From Nitrosopumilus sp. (GTDB lineage Archaea > Thermoproteota > Nitrososphaeria > Nitrososphaerales > Nitrosopumilaceae): 64,000 bases of DNA. Numbering within the stretch: the stretch's first letter is position 1; each line of letters begins with the position of its first letter. Made by a program: the position numbers and the translations under genes. This document shows, one piece after another, positions 30,186 to 41,036 of the stretch. Below the pieces are notes generated by a model. That model did not search any database and was not told where the DNA came from. It saw only the letters and a program-made list of their open reading frames with translations. The stretch covers positions 1,568,001-1,632,000 of the forward strand of contig OY763927.2 of NCBI GenBank assembly GCA_963667665.2, written 5' to 3'.

Positions 30186-31250
30186 ATGAAACAGCGCAGA
30201 AAAAATCTTTTAAAATATGCACAAAAGATCGGCTGTGATACATTAGTCACATTTGAGCCTGAAAATTTGTTTTACATGACTGGATTTTGGGGTGAGGCAA
30301 TAGGATTGCTTGAAAAAAATGGAAAAACAACTATCATTGCTCCAGAACTTGAAGTGGGAAGAGCAAAAGGAGAATCTGAAGATTGTGATGTGATTACAGC
30401 TGAGCGTGGTACTGGTTTGATTTCTTCTCTTATAGAAAAAATTAAGAAAAATCAAGTTTGTACTGATTGCCAAAACTATTCTATTATGATGTCTCTGAAA
30501 AAATCTGTTCCAAAAATCAAATCATCTACAGAACCATTTTACAATTCTCGTATAATTAAAGATGAAAAAGAAATCCAAATACTCAAAAAAGCTTCTAAAA
30601 TTATCGATGAAATGTTTGATATTTGCTCAAAAAAAATGAAAGTAGGTCAAAAAGAATCAGAATTACAAACAATTTTGATGGTATATGCAATGGAGCAGCA
30701 AATGTTTGATACTGGATACAAATCTACGCTAAATCCTCTTATTATTGCTGGAGGACCTAATGGTGCTTTACCTCATGCTCAAGTGACTCAGAGAAAATTC
30801 AAAAAAGGTGATCTTGTAGTAACTGATCTTACACTAAGATACAAAGGATATGTTTCTGATGCAACAAGAACATTTGCACTAGGAAAAATTTCAACTCAAG
30901 CAAATGAAGCATATGAAATAGTTAAAGAATCTCAAAAACTTGGTCTAAAAGCTGTTAAACCAAATGCAGATTGTAAAAATGTAGATTCTGCTTGTAGAAA
31001 ATACATTGAAGAAAAAAACTATGGTCAATACTTTATTCATTCTACTGGTCATGGAATTGGATTAGAAGTACATGAGCTTCCAACTGTTTCGTATCGAAGT
31101 GAAACAAAATTAAAAGAAAATATGGCAATCACAGTAGAACCTGGAATCTATATTGAAAATAAATTTGGAATTAGAATAGAGGATTCATTAATTGTAAAAG
31201 ATCGACCTGTTGTGATGCACAAATTCACTAAAGATTTAGTTACACTTTGA
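30186..31250 (+). CDS. Xaa-Pro aminopeptidase (M24)
   Basis: SDATRT, HSTGHGIGLEVHE, EPGIY, GIRIED. Confidence 0.95.
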   Translation: MKQRRKNLLKYAQKIGCDTLVTFEPENLFYMTGFWGEAIGLLEKNGKTTIIAPELEVGRAKGESEDCDVITAERGTGLISSLIEKIKKNQVCTDCQNYSIMMSLKKSVPKIKSSTEPFYNSRIIKDEKEIQILKKASKIIDEMFDICSKKMKVGQKESELQTILMVYAMEQQMFDTGYKSTLNPLIIAGGPNGALPHAQVTQRKFKKGDLVVTDLTLRYKGYVSDATRTFALGKISTQANEAYEIVKESQKLGLKAVKPNADCKNVDSACRKYIEEKNYGQYFIHSTGHGIGLEVHELPTVSYRSETKLKENMAITVEPGIYIENKFGIRIEDSLIVKDRPVVMHKFTKDLVTL

Positions 31251-31252
31251 GC

Positions 31253-31735
31253 CTAATCATAGAAATCTACCAAATCAATAATGTATTTTGACTCTTGATT
31301 ATTTGATATAATTTTCTCAGAACTCATATTCACATTCCAATCATAATTCATTTCTCCTTTGTGTGACTTGAAATTCAAAATAACTTGATACTCTTCTGAA
31401 TCAACATTTGACACAGTTAATCCAACTTTGGTTTTTTTGTTATCATAAATTTTTTCATCTGGGTGTTCTTCACTAATTTTCATTGAAATTGCATCCATTA
31501 CAGTTAATCCAGAATCATTTGGTCCATCATATTTCATTAAGATATCTATAACTTGTTGTTCTTCAGATGTAAGTTCAGGGAAACTACTTTCTAAATCCCC
31601 TTTCATTAAATCAGGAACGACAAATAGCATGAACAATCCTATTATACCAAGATAAATTGGTGCTCTTTTTCTAAGAAATGCTTTAAAATCATTCTTTTTT
31701 GGTTTTTCTTCCTTTTCTTTTCTATCTTTACCCAT
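31253..31735 (-). CDS. Membrane-anchored hypothetical protein
   Basis: Basic N-terminus, one TM segment, acidic domain. Confidence 0.75.
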   Translation of the reverse strand: MGKDRKEKEEKPKKNDFKAFLRKRAPIYLGIIGLFMLFVVPDLMKGDLESSFPELTSEEQQVIDILMKYDGPNDSGLTVMDAISMKISEEHPDEKIYDNKKTKVGLTVSNVDSEEYQVILNFKSHKGEMNYDWNVNMSSEKIISNNQESKYIIDLVDFYD

Positions 31736-31751
31736 TTCTTTTTTCCCAAAT

Positions 31752-32606
31752 CTAATATTTTGCAGTTAAAATTAAAACTTGCCATGGAAAAATAATTTTA
31801 CCATTTTTCTTTGTGTATAGAGTTGTTTTTTCTTTTACTAACTGTTTGAGTTCTTTTCTTTTTGAATATTCTAATGCATTTAGCTTTTCTTTTAGAGGTT
31901 TTGCAATGTATTTGATATAATTTCTCCAATAGTCTTCAAATTTTCCAGGACTATAATAAAAAACAAATTCTTTTACAGATATTTTTGAGAATCCTGCTTT
32001 ACTGATCTCTTCTTTTAATGCAAATTTTGTTCCAAATCTATCAAGGTTTGGTGAACCAGGAGGAACATAATCTGGAATAAACTTCGTTACTGAATCTAAA
32101 ATACTGCTAAAAAAAGGAACACTCTCTTTACTTCCATGAACTGAAATTCCTATTTTGCCTGATTTTTTGAGGCTGTTTCTCATGTTTTTTAGTGCTTTTT
32201 GGGCATTTGGAAAAAAGAACAGAGCATATTGACAAGTAACAATATCAAATTTTTTTGAAAAATAAAATTTTTCTGCATCTACATTAACAAAATCTAAATT
32301 TGTTTTTCTTTCATTCCACTTTTTTGCTATTTTAATTGCAGTAATTGAAGTATCAGTACCTATTACATATCCTACATTACCAATTTTTTTTCGAATTTTT
32401 TTTGTTACTACACCTGTACCACATGCAATATCTAATACTGTATCACCTTTGGTAATGTTTACTAATTCTATTAATTTTGCAGTACTTTGAAATGGTCCTA
32501 TACTTACACTAGCCCATCTTTTATGATAACGTGGAGCAACCTCATTCCAAATTTTCATGTTTCTTTGTTTGTATTCAGAATGGATGAGTTTCATTTGTAG
32601 AATCAC
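31752..32606 (-). CDS. Class I SAM-dependent methyltransferase
   Basis: VLDIACGTG, DAE, FDIVTC. Confidence 0.9.
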   Translation of the reverse strand: MILQMKLIHSEYKQRNMKIWNEVAPRYHKRWASVSIGPFQSTAKLIELVNITKGDTVLDIACGTGVVTKKIRKKIGNVGYVIGTDTSITAIKIAKKWNERKTNLDFVNVDAEKFYFSKKFDIVTCQYALFFFPNAQKALKNMRNSLKKSGKIGISVHGSKESVPFFSSILDSVTKFIPDYVPPGSPNLDRFGTKFALKEEISKAGFSKISVKEFVFYYSPGKFEDYWRNYIKYIAKPLKEKLNALEYSKRKELKQLVKEKTTLYTKKNGKIIFPWQVLILTAKY

Positions 32607-32623
32607 TTGAATTATGATGTATT

Positions 32624-32792
32624 TTATGTAATCTCTTTAAGATCAGATTTTAGCATTCTACCAGTTTCATGATAGTATCTATGTTCAATTTGACCCAATT
32701 TTTCTTGTAATTTTTTATCCTTTATTTTTTTTTAATTTTAATTCAATTTTTTTATATTCTGCAACTAATCTTCGAAGTTCTGATTTTTTCAT
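32624..32792 (-). pseudogene. Small basic protein (about 55 aa) frameshifted in an A9 run
   Basis: ATGA overlap with coaBC stop; MKKSELRRLVAEYKKIELKLKK joins IKDKKLQEKLGQIEHRYYHETGRMLKSDLKEIT if one A is removed at 32725-32733. Confidence 0.65.
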
Positions 32793-34045
32793 TTTATTTT
32801 TAATTCAATTTGTTTTTTGATAAATTTTGCAATTTTTTGTTTTTTCATCCATCCAGAAACAACAACTTTCTTTGAATCTACAATTATTACCTGATTATTT
32901 TGAGGATTTTTCTTGTATCTTAATGAACCAATATCGTTTGCTACTATCATGTCTGATGATGATTCTTTTAATTTTTTTTGAGCAGATTTTATTAATTGAT
33001 TTTTTGTGAGATTTGTTTCTGCCTTAAAACCTACAAGTAGTACATTTTTTTGATATTTTTTGATTTGATCTATAATTTTTGGTGCTTTTTTAAGGCTAAT
33101 TTTTATCTCATTTTTTGAACTTTTGATTTTATTCTTGCTGGGATTTATTGGGATATAATCTGCAATGGCTGCAGTCATTATTACAATATCAAATTTTTTC
33201 TTTAATTCTGTTTTAACAGCACTATGCATTTCTTTACTAGATAAGACATTGATTATCTTTGCACCCTTTGGTGGTTTTTCTTCTCCAGGACCATAAACAA
33301 AAGTAACTTTAGCTCCTGCAGAAATTAATTCAGATGCTAAACTAACTCCTGTTTTTCCTGAACTTTGATTTGTAATTACTCGTACAGGATCAATGTGTTC
33401 GATTGTTGGACCTGCAGTCAATAACACTTTTTTATTCTTTAATACTGATGAGAATCCAAATTTCTTTAAGACAAATTCTAACACATCTTCTGGTTCAGAA
33501 GCTTTTGCTTTTCCTTCAATCATTTGTGGTGCAAGAAATTCAATTTTATTTTTTAGAAATTCTATGTTCTTTTTTACAGCTGAATTATCATACATTGATT
33601 CATGCATAGCCAAACACATCAAGATTGGAATTTTTGATCCAAATCCTACAGTAAGTACAGTAGAAATTGGTGTATCATCAATTCCATTTGCTAATTTTCC
33701 TAATGTATTTGCAGTTGCAGGATATACTATTACTAGATCTGATTGATTATAATCTGCTAATCTAATATGTTCAAGTTCACCTGTAAGTTTTGTAATGACT
33801 TTATTTCCTGTAGCCCATTTGAAATAGTCAGGTTGTATTAATTTTGTAGCTGCATTACTTGCAACACAAGTAACATCTGCTCCATGTCTCATAAGTAATC
33901 TTGCAAGTTCTATTGCTTTGTATGCTGCAACACTTCCTGCAACACACAATACAACTCTTTTTCCAGATAATTCTACACCATGAGAACTAACAATATCTAA
34001 AGATGGGTGATCTTTTTTCTTTTTTTTAACTACCAATTTGTTCAC
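32789..34045 (-). CDS. coaBC: Phosphopantothenoylcysteine decarboxylase/ligase
   Basis: GSVAAYK, PATANT, TAGPT.E.IDPVR.ITNQSSGKTG, GFKAE, VAND. Confidence 0.96.
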   Translation of the reverse strand: MNKLVVKKKKKDHPSLDIVSSHGVELSGKRVVLCVAGSVAAYKAIELARLLMRHGADVTCVASNAATKLIQPDYFKWATGNKVITKLTGELEHIRLADYNQSDLVIVYPATANTLGKLANGIDDTPISTVLTVGFGSKIPILMCLAMHESMYDNSAVKKNIEFLKNKIEFLAPQMIEGKAKASEPEDVLEFVLKKFGFSSVLKNKKVLLTAGPTIEHIDPVRVITNQSSGKTGVSLASELISAGAKVTFVYGPGEEKPPKGAKIINVLSSKEMHSAVKTELKKKFDIVIMTAAIADYIPINPSKNKIKSSKNEIKISLKKAPKIIDQIKKYQKNVLLVGFKAETNLTKNQLIKSAQKKLKESSSDMIVANDIGSLRYKKNPQNNQVIIVDSKKVVVSGWMKKQKIAKFIKKQIELKIK

Positions 34046-34865
34046 GTAATTTTTTTAGTTCATCATCATTCATTGAGAACCAGTTTTCTTTTGCAGGAAA
34101 CACGCCTGATTCTACATCTTTTTTGTAATTCTCAAGAGATTTCACAATATCTTCTGATAAATTCATGTATCTTTTTGCAAACTTTGGTTTTATCTTATCA
34201 TACATTCCTAGTAAATCTTGAACAACTAGTACTTGTCCATCACAATTTACTCCTGAACCAATTCCTATTGTGGGAATACTAACAGTTTCAGAAATAATCT
34301 CTGCAACTTCATGACTAACCATTTCTAATGCAATACTAAACACACCTGCTTCTTCAAGCTCTTTTGCATCCTCGATTAATCTCATTGCTGTATCTTTTGT
34401 TTTTCCTTGTACTTTGTATCCTTGTGAAAGCATTGTTGTTTGAGGTTGTAATCCAATATGACCCATTACTGGAATTCCAACATCAACAATAGCATTAATT
34501 GTCTCAGCCATAATTGAACCACCTTCAAGTTTTACTGCATCAGCTCCTGCTTTGATTAGTCTACCAGAATTATTTATTGCATCTTCTATACTTGCTTGGT
34601 ATGACATGAATGGTAAATCAGATACTAGTAACGAATTTTCTCTTGCTCTACTTACTGCTTCTGTAAACATACACATTTGATCCATTGTTACAGGAATTGT
34701 GTTTTCATAACCAAGCATTACCATTCCTGCACTATCACCAACTAATAGTACATCAATTCCTGATTTATCACAAAGAGAAGCCAGAGTGTAATCATAACTT
34801 GTAATTACTGAAATTTTCTTTTTTTCTTTTTTCATATTTAGAATATCTAATACTGTCTTATGCAA
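34026..34865 (-). CDS. panB: 3-methyl-2-oxobutanoate hydroxymethyltransferase
   Basis: LVGDS, DLPFMSY, VKLEGG, GHIGLQPQ, DGQVLV. Confidence 0.97.
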   Translation of the reverse strand: MHKTVLDILNMKKEKKKISVITSYDYTLASLCDKSGIDVLLVGDSAGMVMLGYENTIPVTMDQMCMFTEAVSRARENSLLVSDLPFMSYQASIEDAINNSGRLIKAGADAVKLEGGSIMAETINAIVDVGIPVMGHIGLQPQTTMLSQGYKVQGKTKDTAMRLIEDAKELEEAGVFSIALEMVSHEVAEIISETVSIPTIGIGSGVNCDGQVLVVQDLLGMYDKIKPKFAKRYMNLSEDIVKSLENYKKDVESGVFPAKENWFSMNDDELKKLREQIGS

Positions 34866-35622
34866 TTCTAGCTCTCCTTGTAAGATTATTTTTTATTTGA
34901 ATGACATTTTCTGTAAGATTTTTTTTGTTATCAAAATCATTAACAATTTTTTGAAGTATTTTTTGATTCTTTTTAGATAGTTTTTTGGATTCGTTAATTA
35001 ACAAATCAATTGCTCGTGTAACATTATCAACTATTGTAATATTTGCTGTCTGTGAAGTTCTAGAAAGAGGATTTAGATCAAATGTTATAACAGTTTTTCC
35101 CGCATTTCTGAGAGCCATTGTTCTATCTCCATCTTCTAGAGGTACAACAATAACATCAGCTGCAAAAATTCCATTTTTGTCTACAATTCTTCTAGCTGAA
35201 TCAATTCCTGATAGTTTTACAGATGAAGATTTACTTGTACCTAAAATCTCTCTTGCACCATTCTTTTTGAGCGTCTTAATTATTGCCTGTTTTCTTTTTT
35301 GATTAGCATAAAACAAATTTACTTCAAGTTTTGCTTTGATCTGTTTTGATAGTCTTACGATTTGTTTGGGACATAATGCTGCTATATTCCCATTAACTGA
35401 GATTACAGGTAAATCTGCCAAAAGAAGTTGTGCAGCTGCAGCCTTGATGGCTTGCTTTGCAGCCTTGCCTGTTTTTTCTCCAAGTAGATAATCAAAAGCT
35501 TCTCCTCTTCCTTGAGCCAAAAGTCCTTCTTTTGCAACTAATCCCTTGTCAAATCCTTTTACTAGTTTTTCACGAATTAAAAGTGATTTAGCTCTTGGAT
35601 GTGACTTGGGAATTAAAGACAT
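34858..35622 (-). CDS. 4-phosphopantoate--beta-alanine ligase (archaeal PPS)
   Basis: SHPR.KSL, GRGEAFDYLLGE, VPLEDGDR, DLNPLSRT. Confidence 0.93.
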   Translation of the reverse strand: MSLIPKSHPRAKSLLIREKLVKGFDKGLVAKEGLLAQGRGEAFDYLLGEKTGKAAKQAIKAAAAQLLLADLPVISVNGNIAALCPKQIVRLSKQIKAKLEVNLFYANQKRKQAIIKTLKKNGAREILGTSKSSSVKLSGIDSARRIVDKNGIFAADVIVVPLEDGDRTMALRNAGKTVITFDLNPLSRTSQTANITIVDNVTRAIDLLINESKKLSKKNQKILQKIVNDFDNKKNLTENVIQIKNNLTRRARIA

Positions 35623-35632
35623 GTAATTTCAA

Positions 35633-36544
35633 TTAATTATTAAGAATTCTAGTTCCAACATTATCTAATTCTGATTTTATTATTATCCCATCAGAATATT
35701 TTTGTAAAATCTCTAAAACCTTATTTTCATCTTCTTTTGGAATCATTGAAAAAACTGTCTCTCCAAAAAATGCAACTCCACATTTAATATTATTTTTAGA
35801 TAACTCATTAACTAATTTTTGCATTCTTGGAGTTATAACATCTACAAATTTTGCAAATTCTAAAGACATGTCTTGAAAATGTTCATAATTTTTTGATTCT
35901 AATAATCTGTTTACCATTTTACCACCAAGACCATTAATTTGAGATAAGCGTTCTTTGATGAATTTATTTGTAGAAATTGGAGAAAAACATATCATAATTA
36001 CAGATATTTTATCTGTAAAGATTTTCTCAACACTACCAATACCTGGGGCCCCCGGTTTTACACGAATTTCAAAACCTCCATGAAATGATGCTAAAACATC
36101 ACCTAATCCAGTTTTACAATTAACTTCTGCATTATGTGCAATTTGTCCAATTATTGTTTTATCTAATTTTGTTTCAAGAGCTTGATCTAATGCAAATGAT
36201 AGTGATAATGCAACTGCACCACTAGAACCTAAACCATATCCAACTGGAATTGATATCTCATGTTCAATATCAAAAAACTTGTTTGAAAATTTTCCAAGCT
36301 TTAAGAATTCATTTAATACAAATTCAGAAACATCTGTTTTATCTGATTGATATCCCTTTGTTGTAATTCTAAAGTTTAATTCTTGATTATCTTTTGTATC
36401 TATTTTTACTCTTGTAGTAACTCCTTGTTTAATTGAAAATCCAGCTCCAGTTGATCCAAAATTTTCTAAAGAATTTTGATTTTCATCTAAATGTGCTTTG
36501 AAAAAGCCCGTGATATGAGCAGGACAAAATGCCTTAGCCTTCAT
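35633..36544 (-). CDS. Pantoate kinase (GHMP family)
   Basis: PAHITGFF, PVGYGLGSSG, TGLGDV, PGAPG; within CoA cluster. Confidence 0.92.
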   Translation of the reverse strand: MKAKAFCPAHITGFFKAHLDENQNSLENFGSTGAGFSIKQGVTTRVKIDTKDNQELNFRITTKGYQSDKTDVSEFVLNEFLKLGKFSNKFFDIEHEISIPVGYGLGSSGAVALSLSFALDQALETKLDKTIIGQIAHNAEVNCKTGLGDVLASFHGGFEIRVKPGAPGIGSVEKIFTDKISVIMICFSPISTNKFIKERLSQINGLGGKMVNRLLESKNYEHFQDMSLEFAKFVDVITPRMQKLVNELSKNNIKCGVAFFGETVFSMIPKEDENKVLEILQKYSDGIIIKSELDNVGTRILNN

Positions 36545-36609
36545 TGATCTTAGTTTAAATTTTACACAAAATATAAGAATATGGCTTAAATTAATTAAAT
36601 TAGTATAAA

Positions 36610-37590
36610 TTGACTAAATTTGTTCGACGCCTACAAAAAATTGGAAGTAGCATCTTGGTATCACTACCAAAAGAGTGGGTTGATGCAAATAATCTTGAAA
36701 AAGGTAATCAAGTAGAGATTGAAACCGGACAAGACAGTATTTCAATATCTGTAAACAAGGAGATGCGCCCAACAAAAGAACTTGTAATTTCCTACCCATT
36801 ACCTAAAGAAGAAAATATTGTAGCAAACATTACTGGAGCTTATCTTTTAGGATATGATATCATTCAAATAAATTCAAAATCAATCATTCCAGCGGAAGAC
36901 AGAGAAAAAATTCGTAACTCTATGAGAAAATTAGTAGGAATGGAAATAATTGAGGAAGATGCATCTCATATCAATACACAATTTCTTTTAGATACAATAA
37001 CACTTAATCCAGAAAAAATTCTCAAAAGAATGAGTTCACTTGCTCTTGGTATGTATGATGATACATCAAATGGATTAATTTCAGATGACAAGTCAAATTT
37101 ACAAACATTATCAAAACGTGATGTTGAAGTAAATAGACAGTATTTCTTACTTGTCCGTCTAATTCGCAGCACTCTTGTTGATAAGAGATTAGCTAATGCA
37201 TTTAATTTAGAAAATATTGATATTATTGATTATAGAGTTGCAGCAAATCTTCTTGAAAATGCAGGTGATTCAATTGTTGAACTTTCAAATTCTATTTATA
37301 ATTCATCTTTATCAAAAGAACATTCAAAAAAAATCTTTGATGTGGTTAAAGATTTTAGTAGACTTGCAGAAAAATCCATTAATGCATTCACTAAACCTGA
37401 TAGACTTTTAGCTATTGAAGCAATATCATTACATAAAAAATACGAAGAAAAACTTAGTAAACTAAGAATTACGTTAGGTAATAAAAAACAAATTCCAATA
37501 GAGTTTCTTGATTTGGTGTATATGTTTGAAAAAATAGCACAATCTTGGGCTGATGTAGCAGATCTTGTACAACCTATCTACAATGAATAA
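36610..37590 (+). CDS. AbrB-PhoU phosphate uptake regulator family protein
   Basis: RRLQKIGSSILVSLPKEW, AYLLGYD, LENAGD. Confidence 0.9.
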   Translation: MTKFVRRLQKIGSSILVSLPKEWVDANNLEKGNQVEIETGQDSISISVNKEMRPTKELVISYPLPKEENIVANITGAYLLGYDIIQINSKSIIPAEDREKIRNSMRKLVGMEIIEEDASHINTQFLLDTITLNPEKILKRMSSLALGMYDDTSNGLISDDKSNLQTLSKRDVEVNRQYFLLVRLIRSTLVDKRLANAFNLENIDIIDYRVAANLLENAGDSIVELSNSIYNSSLSKEHSKKIFDVVKDFSRLAEKSINAFTKPDRLLAIEAISLHKKYEEKLSKLRITLGNKKQIPIEFLDLVYMFEKIAQSWADVADLVQPIYNE

Positions 37591-38106
37591 TTAGTATAGT
37601 TTCTTTTTTGCAGCATAAGTCAATACTGCACAAATTGTTTTTGAATCTTCAATTTTTCCAGATTTTATCATTCTAAGCAATTTTTGCATATCAATTTTCA
37701 CTACTGATAGTATCTCATCATCATCTAGTTTCAAATCAGCAATTTTCTTTAATCCTGAGGCTACAAAACAGTGAATTTTCTCAGCATTATAGCCAATTGA
37801 TGGATAATAGGTAATTAGTGGAGTCATCTTTTTTGCTCTATATCCAGTCTCTTCTTCCAATTCTCTGAATGCACATTTTATTGGTGCTTCTCTTTTTTCT
37901 AACGTTCCAGCAGGAATCTCTAAAACATATCCATGAGGAAATCTGTGTTGTTTAACAAGAATTACTTTATTTTTTTCATCAAAAGCAAGCATTGCAGCAG
38001 CTCCTCTATGTTCTATCATTTCACGTTTTACTTTTCTTCCCTCTATTTTTCCTTCATAAACACTAAGACCTAAAATTTTTCCCTCATAGATTTTCTTTTT
38101 CTTCAT
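37591..38106 (-). CDS. Nudix hydrolase (ADP-ribose pyrophosphatase-like)
   Basis: PAG......CAFRELEEETG Nudix box. Confidence 0.93.
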   Translation of the reverse strand: MKKKKIYEGKILGLSVYEGKIEGRKVKREMIEHRGAAAMLAFDEKNKVILVKQHRFPHGYVLEIPAGTLEKREAPIKCAFRELEEETGYRAKKMTPLITYYPSIGYNAEKIHCFVASGLKKIADLKLDDDEILSVVKIDMQKLLRMIKSGKIEDSKTICAVLTYAAKKKLY

Positions 38107-38131
38107 TAGAATTCATAGAAATTGTTATTAT

Positions 38132-39034
38132 TTAATTTGTTTGATATGTTAAATGTAATTTAGATGATTTTTTAAAATCATTTATGGCCTTTTCTAACCA
38201 TTTGGAATAAAATGAGATTTTTTTTGGAATGAATAAATCAGCTGATTTTACATTTTTAATAGTTCTTACTTTTTGAGTTAGTTCATCCATCTTGAATATA
38301 TTATCACTGTACATAAACAAGACAATTTGATTTTTTGCAATAAAAGGAATTTGTAAATATGATTCAGAAAAAGTGTTATTCATATTTTCTAATGTTTCTT
38401 TAAGATTACCTTCTATCCAAGTAAGAATTACATGAGGAATAAAATTTTCAATTTTTCTTGAATCATAAACTAGTGTAAATTGAATCCCGTCGTTTTCTTG
38501 TAATTTTTCAATACATCTTGTTATTGTTTTTGTTGACAAATTTGTATTCTTTGCAATATTTTCAATTTTCTGTCTAGGATCTTTAATCAATTTTTCAAGT
38601 ATTTCTAAATCTGTTTTTGTAAGATTTGAACTAAATCCAGGATTCTCTGCTTCAAAAATTGATAGTACTCTAAGATCCTTCATCAATTTACTTGCAAGTT
38701 CAACTTTTTGTTTCACATTTTCTTTTATTACAATACCGCAAACTGTAATTCCACCTATACACGGTACTACAAAATATGGTTCACCTACAAGACTTACCTG
38801 TTCTAAAATCTCATTGATATTTTCACCTGATACAACAAAGTACAAAACACCATAACCCAATACTGGTGGTTCGACTTTGATGAAAAATTCTCCAATTATT
38901 CCTCTTTTTTCCATTTTTTGAATTCTTGCTCGTACTGCTCCACCAGATATTCCTAATTCCATGCCTAGTTGCCTATCCGACTCTCTACAGTTATTCAAAA
39001 GTCTGCCTAGAATTTTCATATCTAAATTGTCCAT
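38132..39034 (-). CDS. Lrp/AsnC-family regulator with two HTH modules
   Basis: MDNLDMKIL...LGISGGAVRARI and LTKTDLEIL...LSTKTITRCI. Confidence 0.88.
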   Translation of the reverse strand: MDNLDMKILGRLLNNCRESDRQLGMELGISGGAVRARIQKMEKRGIIGEFFIKVEPPVLGYGVLYFVVSGENINEILEQVSLVGEPYFVVPCIGGITVCGIVIKENVKQKVELASKLMKDLRVLSIFEAENPGFSSNLTKTDLEILEKLIKDPRQKIENIAKNTNLSTKTITRCIEKLQENDGIQFTLVYDSRKIENFIPHVILTWIEGNLKETLENMNNTFSESYLQIPFIAKNQIVLFMYSDNIFKMDELTQKVRTIKNVKSADLFIPKKISFYSKWLEKAINDFKKSSKLHLTYQTN

Positions 39035-39142
39035 TTTATCACCTAAAACAACACCATTGAATATAGAAATAACTTATTTAATATAAAATTGTCTATAATA
39101 TCATTACTATACTTCTAATACATTAAATATTAGACTATTTTA

Positions 39143-40339
39143 TTGTCTTTGTTGGATTATAGATTGAGATTAGCAAAAAGAATGCTTTTCAACAAAAGAG
39201 GTAGTTTGATTGGTGCAGTTTTAGCTGTAACCATTGGAATTTTGGTAATTCATGTAAATTTTGTAATATTTCAAGGACTGTTTGATGCTATAGTTAGAGA
39301 TATCAGCGATTACAGAAATGGTGATGTTCTTGTAACTGATGAAGCTGATTATATCGATAAATCAGATTTATCACTTGTTAATTGGTTTGAAAGAATTCCA
39401 TATGTTGAAGCGGCAACGCCGCGGCTTTCATCGACTGCCGAAATGAATATGACAAAAAATGGAAAACGAATTGAAGAAACTCGAGTGCCAATAGTTGGAG
39501 TTGATCCGTTTCGTGATATTAGAGCATCAACTGTACATGAAACTATTTCAGATGGAATCTATGTCTTCTCAAGAAATTCTATTGTACTCGGTGCAAATGT
39601 AGCAAGAGATCTTGGAGGAGCTCAAGTGGGGGATAGTGTTAAAGTTCTTGTAGTTGATAGATACGGAGAAGATCAAATTCGCAGGTTTACTGTTTCTGGA
39701 ATTGCAAATTCACCTGGTGGTCAAGGATTTGATTATACAGCTGTTGTACATATTGATACTTTACGTGATATGATGAGTAGATCTGGGGAAACTGGTTCAT
39801 TGATGGTGAAACTAAATGATCCATCCAAAGCATTAGAAGTAAAAGAATTCTTTTTGCGTTCTTTTCCTAATGATGATTTTCTTGCCGAAACCATAGAAGA
39901 ATCAGCAGAACAACAACTTGCTGGTTTTAGATCTGGTATTGCAATGATCAATATAATAGGTTATTTTGGAATGATGTCATCAGCTTTTGCTATTGTTACA
40001 ATTCAGATGATGTTAGTAAATGGAAAAACTAGAGAAATTGGTGTCATGAGATCAATTGGAGCAAAAAGAAAAGATATTCTAATTATTTTCATTTTTCAAG
40101 GAATGATAATTGGAGCAATTGGTGCAGGAGTAGGAACTGCTGCAGGATTAGGCTATACGTTTTATGCAAAGGAATCAAAAATGACATTTAACAACAGTCT
40201 CCCTCTTGAAGTCACCTATAACTGGGAAAAGATCGTACAAACTGCTTTGACCTCATTTGCCTTGGCAATTATTGCATCACTATACCCGTCGTATAGGGCA
40301 ACTAAGCTGTTACCAGTGGAGGCTATGAGAACTGTCTAA
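39143..40339 (+). CDS. ABC transporter permease (LolE/MacB/FtsX family)
   Basis: KTREIGVMRSIGA, SLYPSYRA.KL.PVEAMR. Confidence 0.92.
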   Translation: MSLLDYRLRLAKRMLFNKRGSLIGAVLAVTIGILVIHVNFVIFQGLFDAIVRDISDYRNGDVLVTDEADYIDKSDLSLVNWFERIPYVEAATPRLSSTAEMNMTKNGKRIEETRVPIVGVDPFRDIRASTVHETISDGIYVFSRNSIVLGANVARDLGGAQVGDSVKVLVVDRYGEDQIRRFTVSGIANSPGGQGFDYTAVVHIDTLRDMMSRSGETGSLMVKLNDPSKALEVKEFFLRSFPNDDFLAETIEESAEQQLAGFRSGIAMINIIGYFGMMSSAFAIVTIQMMLVNGKTREIGVMRSIGAKRKDILIIFIFQGMIIGAIGAGVGTAAGLGYTFYAKESKMTFNNSLPLEVTYNWEKIVQTALTSFALAIIASLYPSYRATKLLPVEAMRTV

Positions 40340-41036
40340 AGTACTTGAAATCAAAAACGTAAGTAAGATTTACGGAGAAGGAGAAAATAAAGTAAAAGCT
40401 CTTGATAATGTTTCACTTTCAATTGAACAGGGAGAAGTTGTTTTAATTGTTGGAAGTTCAGGTTCTGGTAAATCAACATTACTTAACATGATTGGATTAT
40501 TAGATCATCCAACAAATGGCCAGATCTTCATTGACGGAATTAACACTACAACATTAAATGACAATAAAATTTCCTCATTTAGAAATAAAAAATTAGGATT
40601 TATTTTCCAATTTTCTAATTTACTTAGTGATCTCTCAGTACTAGAAAATGTATTGTTACCCAAACAAATTTCTGGAATTTATGATATTGCTGAAAAAGAT
40701 GCTAGAAATTTACTAAAAGCAGTTGGACTTGAAGATCAAATGTATAAACGTGCAAACAAGATATCAGGTGGACAAGCTCAAAGAGCAGCAATTGCAAGAG
40801 GCTTAATCAATAAACCATCCATTGTTTTAGCAGATGAACCTACTGGTAATCTTGATTCAGTAACTTCAGAAACAATTGTTCAATTAATGAAATCAATGGC
40901 AAAAAAACTTAATCAAACATTCATTATAGTTACACACGAAAGAGAGATCTTTGGTAATGTTGATAGAGTAATTACAATAAAAGATGGCAAAGCTTTCGAA
41001 GGTGAGCAACCTACAGCAATGGAGGTATTAGTATAA
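40332..41036 (+). CDS. ABC transporter ATP-binding protein (LolD-like), probable CTG start
   Basis: Frame is open from CTG 40332 and carries Walker A GSSGSGKS upstream of ATG 40488; ISGGQ, LADEPTGNLD. Confidence 0.9.
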   Translation: MSKVLEIKNVSKIYGEGENKVKALDNVSLSIEQGEVVLIVGSSGSGKSTLLNMIGLLDHPTNGQIFIDGINTTTLNDNKISSFRNKKLGFIFQFSNLLSDLSVLENVLLPKQISGIYDIAEKDARNLLKAVGLEDQMYKRANKISGGQAQRAAIARGLINKPSIVLADEPTGNLDSVTSETIVQLMKSMAKKLNQTFIIVTHEREIFGNVDRVITIKDGKAFEGEQPTAMEVLV

